Assembly (NCBI GenBank): GCA_963767925.1
Contig: CAVYGB010000006.1
Location: 224,001-288,000 of the forward strand
DNA: 64,000 bases
DNA from: an uncultured delta proteobacterium
GTDB lineage: Bacteria; Myxococcota_A; Polyangia; Fen-1088
Direction of reading: 5' to 3'
Part shown: piece after piece, positions 39,722 through 49,329 of the stretch
Layout: each line of letters opens with the position of its first letter
Position numbering within the stretch: the first letter of the stretch is position 1
Position numbers and translations under genes: made by a program
Notes under the pieces: generated by a model
Databases searched by the model: none
What the model was told of the DNA's origin: nothing
What the model saw: only the letters and a program-made list of their open reading frames with translations

Positions 39722-40456
39722 TCACAGGCTGAGGGCGGGCGGCTCCAACTCGGTTGCGGCCGCCCCGGACGTCGCTCCGGCGAGCTGACCGTCGAACAGT
39801 TGCACGTTGCGCGTCGCCAGGCGGGCGTAGTCCGGGTTGTGCGTCACCATGCAGATGGTGGAGCCCGAGACGTGGAGCTCCCGCAGCAGATCCATGACCG
39901 CGTCGCCGTTCTTCGAGTCGAGGTTTCCGGTGGGCTCGTCGGCGAGGAGGACGAGCGGGTCGCCCGCCACCGCTCGTGCCACCGCGACCCGCTGCTGCTG
40001 TCCACCGGAGAGCTGACCAGGCATGTGCCGGCCCCGGTGGGTCATGGCCACCCGATCGAGGGCCATATGTACGCGCTCGCGCCGCTCCGCTGCCGGCAGC
40101 CCCCGGTAGGTGAGCGGCAGCTCGACGTTCTCGAAGACGGTCAGATCGCCGAGGAGATTGAAGGACTGGAAGATGAAGCCCAGGTGGCGGTTGCGGATGA
40201 GGGCCCGCCGCCGTGGGCGCAGATCGTTGACCCGGTCCCCACCCAGGTGGTAGGTGCCGGCGCTGGGCGTATCGAGGAGACCCAGGATCGAAAGCAAGGT
40301 CGTCTTCCCGGAGCCGGAGGGACCCTCGATCGACACGAACTCTCCCCGGGTGATACGCATATCGATGCCTTGGAGCGCGTACGTCTCCATCTCCGCCGTC
40401 GAGAAGACCTTCTCCACGCCCGCGAGCTCGATGAGCACTTCTTGTGACCCACTCAT
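39722..40456 (-). CDS. MacB/LolD-type ABC ATP-binding protein
   Basis: [31 protein letters not shown]; aaggag RBS. Confidence 0.95.
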   Translation of the reverse strand: MSGSQEVLIELAGVEKVFSTAEMETYALQGIDMRITRGEFVSIEGPSGSGKTTLLSILGLLDTPSAGTYHLGGDRVNDLRPRRRALIRNRHLGFIFQSFNLLGDLTVFENVELPLTYRGLPAAERRERVHMALDRVAMTHRGRHMPGQLSGGQQQRVAVARAVAGDPLVLLADEPTGNLDSKNGDAVMDLLRELHVSGSTICMVTHNPDYARLATRNVQLFDGQLAGATSGAAATELEPPALSL

Positions 40457-40513
40457 GGACTCTCCTTACGATGTGGCCGAAGTAGGAATCCTCGCGATGG
40501 CCAGCCTCGAGGA

Positions 40514-40529
40514 AGCGAGCTTCGTGCCA
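40514..40529 (-). promoter_or_regulatory. Probable sigma54 promoter
   Basis: Minus strand TGGCACGAAGCTCGCT: perfect TGGCACG -24 box and GG-N10-GC spacing, in the intergenic gap before the ABC ATPase. Confidence 0.55.
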
Positions 40530-40616
40530 GCCCTGGTACCGCGCGGGATTGGGGTCAGCCGGGCTGCTTTGACCGGTTCTGGGACTTCGCGTCCCAGAAC
40601 CGGTCAGCGGGGGCGC

Positions 40617-43600
40617 TCAACCCCCGGTCCGGGCCGCGGCGGCCAGAACCGGAGACAGCTCTGTCGTCTCGTCAGCCCCGGCCAGCGACGCGAGACTGCT
40701 GGCCAGGGCGGCTACGGTCTGGTGCTGGAAGAGCTCCTGGGCGGTCAGTCCGTAACCCATCTCGTTGAGCTGGGACACGATCTGGATGGCCTGGATGGAG
40801 TCGCCCCCGAGATCGAAGAAGTTGTCATTCAGACCGACGTCTTCGACCCCCAGCACGCGCTGCCAGACCTCGATCAGCTTCTGCTCGAGCTCACCGACCG
40901 AAGCGACGATCGGCGGGGCCGAAACGGCCTGCCCCGCCTCCGGGGAGGGTGCGGTCGCCTGGGCGGCGGCAACGGCCACCTGTCGTTCCGACGGGCGCTC
41001 CAGGGCCAGGCGCAAGGAGGCGTGCAGGTCGCGCGCCGAGACCACGACCTGAGGATGACCTTTCAGGAAGGCGAGCCGGCGGAAGGCCTCCGCCCCCTCG
41101 GCCGGGCTGATCCCCTGGGCGAGCTGATCGGCGTAGACCCGGTCGAGGGTCTTCTTCATCGGGCGTCGGGCGGCGGTGTCTTCCCAGCGGCCATACTGGC
41201 GATTGGCGAACGCGCGCACCTGCCCCGTGACGTCGTTGATCCGCTTCTGGGCGAAGGCCTCGATGTCCACCAGCTCGTCGCCCTCGCCGTTCATGAACAC
41301 CACGTCGAAGGTGATGGTCTGACCGGTCGGGTCGACCTCCTCCCGGAACCTCACGTGGACGAAGATCTTCCGCGTGAGCGGGCGGTGGAGCGTCAGTCGG
41401 CGGTAGCCCATCGGCAGGTAGATCCCGCTTCTGATCAGGAACTCCTTGCCTGTCCCGGTCGCCCGATCGAGCAGCGAGGGATGCAGCTTCATCGTGGCGA
41501 GCTCGGCGTTGAACATCTCCGGCAACTCGAGGATCGCCAGGTGCTCGTTCTTTCCCACGTGGGCCTCGCGCAGCGCCTGCCAGCGCGGTCCGAGATCCTC
41601 GTCGCGAGACGAATCGTCGGTGATGACCACGTGCCGGTCGGAGCAGCGGCGCATGAGAGCCTTCAGATCGTGGCGTCGCGGCGCAGTGGCGGGCACGAGG
41701 CGGATCTTCCCGCTGGCATAGTCCTTCCACTCGCGCCCACCCTGCCCGTTGACGCCCTCCCCTTGACCCTCGCTGGCCTGGCTACTGACACGGAAGCTGA
41801 AGCCGCCGGGATCATCTCTCTTGATGGTGGTCCGGACCTCACGTTGCTCGTCGTCCCTCAGCCCGAGGGGCGCCAGGAAGAAGGCGTCCCGGATCTCCAG
41901 GGCGGCGCCGCCGGCATGGCGCTCGACGGCGGCGCGAGCCATCTCCAGGTAGGCCGTGCCCGGCATCACGGCGCTACCGACGATCCGGTGTTCGTCGAGC
42001 ACCCAGTGCGTGCGGGGGCTCACCCGGGTCAGATAGACCTCGGTCCCGTCCGGCCCCTGGCTGTAATGGTCGAGCAAGGGGTGGTCGGACGTCGTCGTCG
42101 TCCCGGGCAGAGACGCGTGTCGGGCCGCCTTGTCCGCGAGCATGCCAACGCCTTTCCAGGCGTCCCAGTTCAGCGAGAGGATCGGGTTCATCGAGTCCCG
42201 GGTGGACGCAGCGAAGACATCGAGGAACGCATTCGCCGCACAGTAGTCGGACTGCCCGAAGCCGCCGAGGATCGCGCTGCGCGATGAGCACGCCACGAAG
42301 AAGTCGAGCGGTGTGTCGCCCAGCAGCGAGGCGAGAAGCCTCGTGCCGGTAACCTTGGGCGCCAGCACGGCCCGTATCGCCTCGCGCGTCTTGAGCTGGA
42401 TCATGCCCCCCCCGGCCACTCCGGCCGCGTGGATCACCCCGTGGATCTCGCCGAACCTCTCCCGGGCTCGGTCGAGCGCGCCGCTCAGCGAGGAGGCATC
42501 GCTCACGTCTGCGCTGAGGACGAGCACTTCCGCGCCCTTCGCCTCCAGCTCGCGCAGCCCCCGGATGCGCGTTGAGGTAACGTCTCCCTCCGGGTGGCCG
42601 TCGAGCCAGGACTGCCAGGTCTCGGGCGAAGGTAGCTCGGACCGACCGATCAGCACGAGCTTGACCGGTCCGGATTCAACCAGGCAACCTGCCAGGGTGA
42701 GCCCGATTCCCCCGAGCCCGCCGCTGATCAGGTAGACCCCGCCCGGCCGGACCCGGAACGAATCGGTCGAAGGCGATGCCAGGGAGGTGTAGGTCGGCTG
42801 CCAGCGATGACGGCCGTAGAGCGCGACTCTCTGCTGCGTGCCGTGCTCGCACTCGGTGACGAGCTGCTCGACCCTGCCTCCCGTCCAGGGTCGGCCCACC
42901 TCGAGGTCGAGGTCGATGTGGCGGCAGGTGAGGGTCGGATACTCCTGGGGGATGACCTGGCAGGCGCCAAACAGGGTAGCGCGCTCGGGCCCAAGCACCC
43001 GATTGCCGATGACGTCGTGGAGCTGGTTTGTCACGAACACGAGGTCGGTGGTCGTGGAATCGGGCAGACGACCGAGCGCCTGGGCCAGGTAGATGGCCGA
43101 CAGCAGGCTCGCGCCCGTCTCTCGCTCGGCCTCACCCTCGGCGGCGACATTGCCGAGGTGAAGAATCCGCGAGGGCCAGCGCCCCTCGGCGCGAAGACCG
43201 TTGAGCAGCCGCTCGTAGCCCTCCGGTCCGGAGGGGTGCAGGGCCAGCTCGCCGTCGACTCGCATCACCTCGATCCCGCGCCGGCTCAGCTCGGCGCCGA
43301 CCGCGTCGGCCAGCCCGTGCGCGTCGGCGAGCAGCAACCAGGGCCCCCGGTCGCTGGCCGTCCTGGACGTCACGAGTGGGCTTCGCTGCCAGGTCGGGAC
43401 ATAGAACCATTGATCGAGATCCGGGCGCTTCTCCAGGGTCTCGAGGGCGGTGTCGGTGGCCGAGGTGGACCCCGGGTCGACCCAGCAACGCTGCCGTTCG
43501 AAAGGATAGCCGGGCAACGTCACGCGCGAGCGCGCTTCGTGCCGGTGAAACCCGCTCCACTCGATGCTCCCTCCCACCATCCACAGCCGACCGAGGGTGG

Positions 43601-46130
43601 TGAGCAGGAAGGCCTCATCGGAGGTAGCCTCGCTGGGGTGTCGCAGGGTGCTCAGGACCACCTGCGCCGCTGCGCGGGCCGGATGGAGGCGGGCGAACGT
43701 GCTGAGGCTGCGCCCGGGGCCGACCTCCAGGAGGACCGAATCGGCCTGGCGGACCAGCTCGGCGAGGCCATCGGCGAACCGGACGGTGTGCCGCAGGTGG
43801 CGTACCCAGTACCCGGGGTCCGTGGCCTCGGCGGCGGTGATCCAGGTCCCGGTGAGGTTGGACAGGTAGGGGCGCTGAGGGGCGTGAAAGCGGGCTCCCG
43901 CGCAGATCTCCCCGAACTCGGCAAGGATCGGGTCGAGCATATGCGAGTGAAAAGCGTGTGAGGTGTGCAGGCGCCGAACCGCCACGCCTCCGGCTCCGAG
44001 CTCACGCTCCAGGCCTTCGATGGCCAGGAGGGGCCCGGACAGCACGCATGATTCGGGGCCATTCACGGCTGCCAGCGAGAGCTGCTTGGACGCCGCCAGC
44101 TCGCGGCAAGCGGCCTCTGTCTGGGGCACCACCAGCATGCCGCCCGGCGGAGCCTTCTGCACGACCCGGCCGCGCAGAGCTACGAGGCGGAGCGCGTCTT
44201 CCAGCGAGAAGACGCCGGCCAGGCAGGCGGCCACGTATTCGCCGATGCTGTGGCCGATCATCGCGCTCGGCTCCAGCCCCCACTCGCGGCACAGCGCCGC
44301 CAGGGCGTATTCGATCACGAACAGCGCGGGTTGAGCCAGCTCGGTCTGGCGCAGCCGCGCGCTGGCCCGGGCCTCATCGACGCCTGCCGCGGGGAAGATC
44401 ACCTCGAGGAGATCGACCCCCAGGATCGGCCGAAGTTGCCGGGTGCAGGCCTCGACCTCACGTCGAAACGTCGGTTCGTGCCGGTACAGATCGAGGCCCA
44501 TGCCGATGTACTGGGCCCCCTGGCCGGGGAACATGAACACGAGGTCCCGTTGCCGGGGCTCGTGAAACCCAGTCCGGCCCAGCGTCGGATCCAGGCTGCG
44601 AAGAGCGCGGCTCGCCTCGTCGCGATCCCGGCAGACGACCATGCGCCGGTGGGGCAGCTGCGCGCGCCCGACCTGGAGGGTGTAGGCGACGTCCGGCAGC
44701 TCCAGGGACTGATCCTGGTCCAGCCGCTCCGCCAGACGGCGCGTGCTCTCCTCGAGAGCCGAGCTCGTCCCGGCCGAGAGAAGGAGCAGTTGCTGGGGGC
44801 GGCTGGCCGACCCCGCCGGGCTGGGCGGGGCTTCCTCGAGCACGAGGTGGGCGTTGGTGCCACCGATCCCGAACGAGCTGACACCAGCACGCAGCGGCCG
44901 GGGACCCTGCCACTCCTTCAGGCTGTCGTTGACCCGGAAAGGGCCTGCCGCGAACGGGATCTCGGGGTTGGCCCGAGAGAAGTGCAAGCTGGGCGGCACC
45001 TGCCGGTGTTGCAGGGCGAGCACGGTCTTGATCAAGCTCGCGACACCGGCAGCCGCGTCGAGGTGCCCCAGGTTGCTCTTCACCGAACCGACGAGACAAG
45101 CGCCGGGGGCGGCGTTTCGGAAGGCTTCATTGAGGGCGGCGATCTCTATCGGATCGCCCATCCGTGTCCCCGTCCCGTGGGCTTCGAGGAAACTGATCGA
45201 GGCGGGATCGACGCCGGAGACGGCGTGCGCCTCGCAGACGACGCGGGCCTGTCCCTCGACGCTGGGCGCGGTGTAGCCGACCTTGCCCGACCCGTCGTTG
45301 CCGATGGCCGAGCCCCGGATGACCGCGTAGATCCGATCGCGATCGGCGAGGGCGTCGGCCAGGCGCTTGAGGACCACAACTCCCGCGCCGTTGCCGCTCA
45401 CCGTGCCCTGGGCCTCGGCGTCGAATGGCCGGCAGTGGCCATCGGGCGACATGATGCCGCCTTCCTCCGCCAGGTATCCGCTGCGCTGAGGTACCGTGAC
45501 CGACGCTCCCCCGGCCATCGCCAGATCACATTCGTGCTGCAAGAGGCTCTGGCAGGCCAGGTGGACCGCGACAAGCGACGTGGAGCAAGCGGTCTGCACC
45601 GTCACCGCCGGCCCCTTGAGGTTCAGGCGGTAGGCCACGTTGGTGGCGACGTGGTCGCCCCGGTTGCGGATCGAGGTCTGCAAGAACCCGCTCGCCTCCA
45701 CGACCTTGCGGTTGCTCAGCAGGTTGTTGAGGAGGTAGTGGTTGAAGCCGACGCCTCCGAAGACGCCGACCGTCTGCTTGCACCTGGCCGGGTCGTATCC
45801 GGCGTTCTCGAGGGCCTCCCAGGCACACTCCAGGAACAGGCGCTGCTGGGGATCGGTGAGCTCCGCCTCCCGGCGGGAGTAGCCGAAGAAGGCGGGGTCG
45901 AAGCCCTCCACGTCCTCCACGATCCCCCGTCGCCGCACGTAGCGGGGGTCGCGCGCCGCGCGCGTCTCCCCCTCTGGCAGCTCCAGTTCCTCGGGGGCGA
46001 AGGTCGCGATGCACTCCACGCCGTCGCGCAGGTTGCGCCAGAAAGTCTCCAGGTCCGGAGACCCGGGGAACCGTCCCGACATGCCGACGACGGCCACCCT
46101 CGGAAGCGAGTCGTCCGGAGCGTTACTCAT
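40617..46130 (-). CDS. Type I PKS module KS-AT(malonyl)-KR with inserted DH-ACP; no TE
   Basis: KS TACSTS/EAHGTGT/NLGHL; AT GHSIG and HAFH; KR GGLGGIG, GQSDYCAAN; DH EHRIVGSAVMP and LHPSLLD; carrier GGDSI. Confidence 0.95.
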   Translation of the reverse strand: MSNAPDDSLPRVAVVGMSGRFPGSPDLETFWRNLRDGVECIATFAPEELELPEGETRAARDPRYVRRRGIVEDVEGFDPAFFGYSRREAELTDPQQRLFLECAWEALENAGYDPARCKQTVGVFGGVGFNHYLLNNLLSNRKVVEASGFLQTSIRNRGDHVATNVAYRLNLKGPAVTVQTACSTSLVAVHLACQSLLQHECDLAMAGGASVTVPQRSGYLAEEGGIMSPDGHCRPFDAEAQGTVSGNGAGVVVLKRLADALADRDRIYAVIRGSAIGNDGSGKVGYTAPSVEGQARVVCEAHAVSGVDPASISFLEAHGTGTRMGDPIEIAALNEAFRNAAPGACLVGSVKSNLGHLDAAAGVASLIKTVLALQHRQVPPSLHFSRANPEIPFAAGPFRVNDSLKEWQGPRPLRAGVSSFGIGGTNAHLVLEEAPPSPAGSASRPQQLLLLSAGTSSALEESTRRLAERLDQDQSLELPDVAYTLQVGRAQLPHRRMVVCRDRDEASRALRSLDPTLGRTGFHEPRQRDLVFMFPGQGAQYIGMGLDLYRHEPTFRREVEACTRQLRPILGVDLLEVIFPAAGVDEARASARLRQTELAQPALFVIEYALAALCREWGLEPSAMIGHSIGEYVAACLAGVFSLEDALRLVALRGRVVQKAPPGGMLVVPQTEAACRELAASKQLSLAAVNGPESCVLSGPLLAIEGLERELGAGGVAVRRLHTSHAFHSHMLDPILAEFGEICAGARFHAPQRPYLSNLTGTWITAAEATDPGYWVRHLRHTVRFADGLAELVRQADSVLLEVGPGRSLSTFARLHPARAAAQVVLSTLRHPSEATSDEAFLLTTLGRLWMVGGSIEWSGFHRHEARSRVTLPGYPFERQRCWVDPGSTSATDTALETLEKRPDLDQWFYVPTWQRSPLVTSRTASDRGPWLLLADAHGLADAVGAELSRRGIEVMRVDGELALHPSGPEGYERLLNGLRAEGRWPSRILHLGNVAAEGEAERETGASLLSAIYLAQALGRLPDSTTTDLVFVTNQLHDVIGNRVLGPERATLFGACQVIPQEYPTLTCRHIDLDLEVGRPWTGGRVEQLVTECEHGTQQRVALYGRHRWQPTYTSLASPSTDSFRVRPGGVYLISGGLGGIGLTLAGCLVESGPVKLVLIGRSELPSPETWQSWLDGHPEGDVTSTRIRGLRELEAKGAEVLVLSADVSDASSLSGALDRARERFGEIHGVIHAAGVAGGGMIQLKTREAIRAVLAPKVTGTRLLASLLGDTPLDFFVACSSRSAILGGFGQSDYCAANAFLDVFAASTRDSMNPILSLNWDAWKGVGMLADKAARHASLPGTTTTSDHPLLDHYSQGPDGTEVYLTRVSPRTHWVLDEHRIVGSAVMPGTAYLEMARAAVERHAGGAALEIRDAFFLAPLGLRDDEQREVRTTIKRDDPGGFSFRVSSQASEGQGEGVNGQGGREWKDYASGKIRLVPATAPRRHDLKALMRRCSDRHVVITDDSSRDEDLGPRWQALREAHVGKNEHLAILELPEMFNAELATMKLHPSLLDRATGTGKEFLIRSGIYLPMGYRRLTLHRPLTRKIFVHVRFREEVDPTGQTITFDVVFMNGEGDELVDIEAFAQKRINDVTGQVRAFANRQYGRWEDTAARRPMKKTLDRVYADQLAQGISPAEGAEAFRRLAFLKGHPQVVVSARDLHASLRLALERPSERQVAVAAAQATAPSPEAGQAVSAPPIVASVGELEQKLIEVWQRVLGVEDVGLNDNFFDLGGDSIQAIQIVSQLNEMGYGLTAQELFQHQTVAALASSLASLAGADETTELSPVLAAAARTGG

Positions 46131-49100
46131 GATCTTCTTCCCTGCCTTTCCTGTTGCGTGCAGATCTGGCTGCGGCGATGCGCTGGTGCGCCCGGCTGGA
46201 GGCGGCCAGGGCCGGCGCCGCGGTGGCCTCCCTTCCGTCCAGGTAGCGGGCCAGCGCCGAGATTGTCGGATTGCGGAACAGCTCCACCATGGGGACATCG
46301 CGGCCGAGCGCCGCCCGGAGCCGGGCGTGAACCTTCACCATGCGAAGCGAATGCCCACCCACGTCGAAGAAGTTCTCCTCGAACCCCACCGTCGGCAGGT
46401 CCAGCACCTCCCGCCAGATCGCCGCGACGGTCTGCTGGGTCGGGGTGCCGCCGGGCTCGCCACCCTCGCCCTGCCCGGGGTGCGGATCGGCGGCGGGCAG
46501 CGTCGCCACATCGAGCTTGCCGTTCGTCGTGAGGGGGAACCGTTCCAGCACCACGAAGGCGCCGGGGACCATGTAGTCCGGGAGCCTCAGGCGGAGGTGG
46601 GCCCGCAGCCGCTCCCTGTTGATCTTGATGCCTGGCCTGGGCACGACGTACGCCACCAGCAGTGCCTCTCCGCTGTCGCGACCGCCTGCCCCGCCGCGCA
46701 CCAGCGCGAGCGCGTCGCGGACCTCGGGCGACCCGCGCAGCGCCGAGGCGATCTCGTCGAGCTCGATCCGGTTGCCGCGAAGCTTGACCTGATTGTCGAG
46801 CCGGCCAAGATAGCGGAGGGCGCCGCTGGCCAGTCGACAGGCGCGGTCTCCGGTCCGGTACATGCGGCTTCCCGGCACGGTCGAGAAGGGATCGACCAGG
46901 AAACGTTCCGCGCTCAGGCCGGGCTGGCCGCGGTAGCCACGGGCCACCCCTGCCCCTCCGATGAAGACTTCACCGGGGGCGCCGAGCGGCTGGGGCGAGA
47001 GGGACCCGTCCAGCACGTAGGTTTGGCAGCCTTCGATGTCGACTCCGATGTTCGACAGCGGGCCGGCCACGCGGGCCGCTGTCGCATCCACCGTGCATTC
47101 GGTCGGGCCGTAGACGTTGAAGAAGGTGGTGGCGTTCCAGCCAGCGAGGGTCGTCCACAGCTCATCGTCGATCGACTCCCCTCCCACCAGCACCGCCCGC
47201 AGACCACGTTCGGTCGAGCGGGTCCAGGCCTCGCAGTCGACGAGGGCCTTGAGCTGGGAGGGCGTGCAATCGAGGACGTCGAGCCGGCGCTCGCGGGCAA
47301 ACCGCCAGAGCGCCTCGGGATCGAGGCGAGCCTCCTCGGGGACCACGTGCAGGGTGTGGCCATCGAGGACCTGGATCCATTGCTTGACCGAAGCGTCGAA
47401 GACGGTGGGGGCGTTCAGGCTCACCTGGCAGGGTCCACCCAGAGGGGCGTACACAAGCCCCCGCAGGGCCTGCAGGAGGTTGACCACCGAGCGATGGCTC
47501 ACCTCCACCCCCTTGGGAGCGCCGCTCGAGCCCGAGGTGTAGATGACGTATGCCAGGTTGTCCGCCGAGCTTCGCGTATCGCAGTTGCTCTCGACGGACG
47601 AGAGGACGTCATCAGGCCCGTCGAGGCAGACCGTGACCAGGCCCGCGAGGGCCGATGATGCCGCCAGGGAGGTCTCGGTCAACACAACCCGGGCTCCCGT
47701 GTCCGCCAGGATGCCGCGCACGCGCCCGGAGGGATGGGCCGGAGAGAGCGGAACGTAGGCCCCTCCAGCCTTGAGCACGCCCAGGATCGCCGCAAGCACC
47801 TGGCTCGATCGGTCGAGAAAGAGCCCGACCGGGGTCTCGGGGCCCACGCCCATCGCGACCAGCGTGTGCGCGATGCGGTTGGCCCAGGCGTTGAGCTGAG
47901 CGAAGCTGAACGAGCGGCGGTGACACGAGGCCGCTGTCCGCGAGGGGGTTCGGGCCGCCTGGATCTCGAACAGCCGATGGAGCGTCGGCACGGGAGACGT
48001 CCGGACCGAAGGGGTCGATCCCGGATCCGCCGCCGGCAGCGGCGTCGCCGCCTGCTGGGGACCCGCCCCGAGGGCCGACGCCATCGCGTCGACGAGCGCG
48101 TGGATATAGGGCTCCTCCGCCGTGCAGGACTGGTAGCTGGCCCGGATCACGAGCTGCTCGGGACAGACCAGGCAGCACAGCTCCAGCCGGGCCGGGCCAG
48201 GATCGATGTAGAGGTCCTCCAGGGAGAAGGTGACGCCGCCCTGCTTTCGCGGTGACGGCCGCTCCAGGTAGCGAAACCCGACCCGCAGCTCGCTGCAGGC
48301 CTGCTCCGGATCGCGGTCGGGCCGAAAATACGGCAGCATCTGGCCGGCTTGCGCCAGGTCCTCCTGCACGTGCGCGGCCCGGCGGGACCGGTCCAGATCA
48401 CGCTCCCCCGAGATCAGCGGCACGGTGGTGGCGAGCGCGCCACAGAGCGCGTCCAGGGCTCCGTCGAACCGTCCCGGGAGGGTGACCCAGGTGGCAACCC
48501 CTGCGCCCTCGGAGAAGCGGAACAGGACCTCCTGCCAGGCCGCCAGCAACCAGGCCTCGACCGAGACACCAGCCTGGCTGGCCCTGTCGCGCAGCCCTTG
48601 CAGAGCGTGAGCGCCGACTCGCCGGTGGAACGTTCCGCCCGGCAAGGAAGGTTGCCCGCTGCTGCCACGGCCCTCGAAGGCGAACTTGACCGCCTGGCTG
48701 CCGGCCCGCTCGCTCCGCTCTTGCCAGTAGCGCCGCCCGGCCTCGCCCTCCTCGGCCACGATCAGGCCTTCTTGCCAGTCGAAGAGCTGGAGCTGCTGCA
48801 ACTCCGCCTCGCCTGGCGAGAACTCCCCGCCAGCACCGACCAACTGGCCGTATGCCGCCGTCATCTCGGCGAACACGATCTTCATGGTCTCGAGGTCGGC
48901 ACAGAGCGCCGGCAGGGTGAGCACGAGGACGTGTCGGCCGGGCCCCCCGGAGATGGAGCGGGCCCGGACGGCCGCGCCCGCCCCGGCTGTCGCCGCCTGA
49001 CGGCGTTCTTCCCGGGCCAGCTCCTCGGGATTCAGCGAGCAAGCGGGCGGCGTCTCGTCCCAGATCGGGGCGGCCAGCGGGGCCACGGTCTGCAGGGGGA

Positions 49101-49329
49101 ACCGCAAGCCAGCCACCGGGTGAAAGCTGGTCCGCAAGGCCGTGTGTCGGGCCATGACGAGCGCGAGGGCAGACCGGAGGGCGTCGGGATCCACCGGGCC
49201 TTCCAGGGAGACGACGGCCTGAGCCAGCGGCGCTTGCCCTGACTCGGTCGCAGCCCACAGGCGCCGCTGCTGCGCCGACAGGGGAAATCCGGCGAGAGGC
49301 CGGGACGGCGCGGCCCCGGGTGTGCTCAC
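46123..49329 (-). CDS. NRPS I(interface, inactive C)-A(Glu)-T
   Basis: C-like domain with LPALCAD in place of HHxxxD; A-domain code read as DAKDLGVVDK; GGHSL carrier. Confidence 0.9.
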   Translation of the reverse strand: MSTPGAAPSRPLAGFPLSAQQRRLWAATESGQAPLAQAVVSLEGPVDPDALRSALALVMARHTALRTSFHPVAGLRFPLQTVAPLAAPIWDETPPACSLNPEELAREERRQAATAGAGAAVRARSISGGPGRHVLVLTLPALCADLETMKIVFAEMTAAYGQLVGAGGEFSPGEAELQQLQLFDWQEGLIVAEEGEAGRRYWQERSERAGSQAVKFAFEGRGSSGQPSLPGGTFHRRVGAHALQGLRDRASQAGVSVEAWLLAAWQEVLFRFSEGAGVATWVTLPGRFDGALDALCGALATTVPLISGERDLDRSRRAAHVQEDLAQAGQMLPYFRPDRDPEQACSELRVGFRYLERPSPRKQGGVTFSLEDLYIDPGPARLELCCLVCPEQLVIRASYQSCTAEEPYIHALVDAMASALGAGPQQAATPLPAADPGSTPSVRTSPVPTLHRLFEIQAARTPSRTAASCHRRSFSFAQLNAWANRIAHTLVAMGVGPETPVGLFLDRSSQVLAAILGVLKAGGAYVPLSPAHPSGRVRGILADTGARVVLTETSLAASSALAGLVTVCLDGPDDVLSSVESNCDTRSSADNLAYVIYTSGSSGAPKGVEVSHRSVVNLLQALRGLVYAPLGGPCQVSLNAPTVFDASVKQWIQVLDGHTLHVVPEEARLDPEALWRFARERRLDVLDCTPSQLKALVDCEAWTRSTERGLRAVLVGGESIDDELWTTLAGWNATTFFNVYGPTECTVDATAARVAGPLSNIGVDIEGCQTYVLDGSLSPQPLGAPGEVFIGGAGVARGYRGQPGLSAERFLVDPFSTVPGSRMYRTGDRACRLASGALRYLGRLDNQVKLRGNRIELDEIASALRGSPEVRDALALVRGGAGGRDSGEALLVAYVVPRPGIKINRERLRAHLRLRLPDYMVPGAFVVLERFPLTTNGKLDVATLPAADPHPGQGEGGEPGGTPTQQTVAAIWREVLDLPTVGFEENFFDVGGHSLRMVKVHARLRAALGRDVPMVELFRNPTISALARYLDGREATAAPALAASSRAHQRIAAARSARNRKGREEDHE

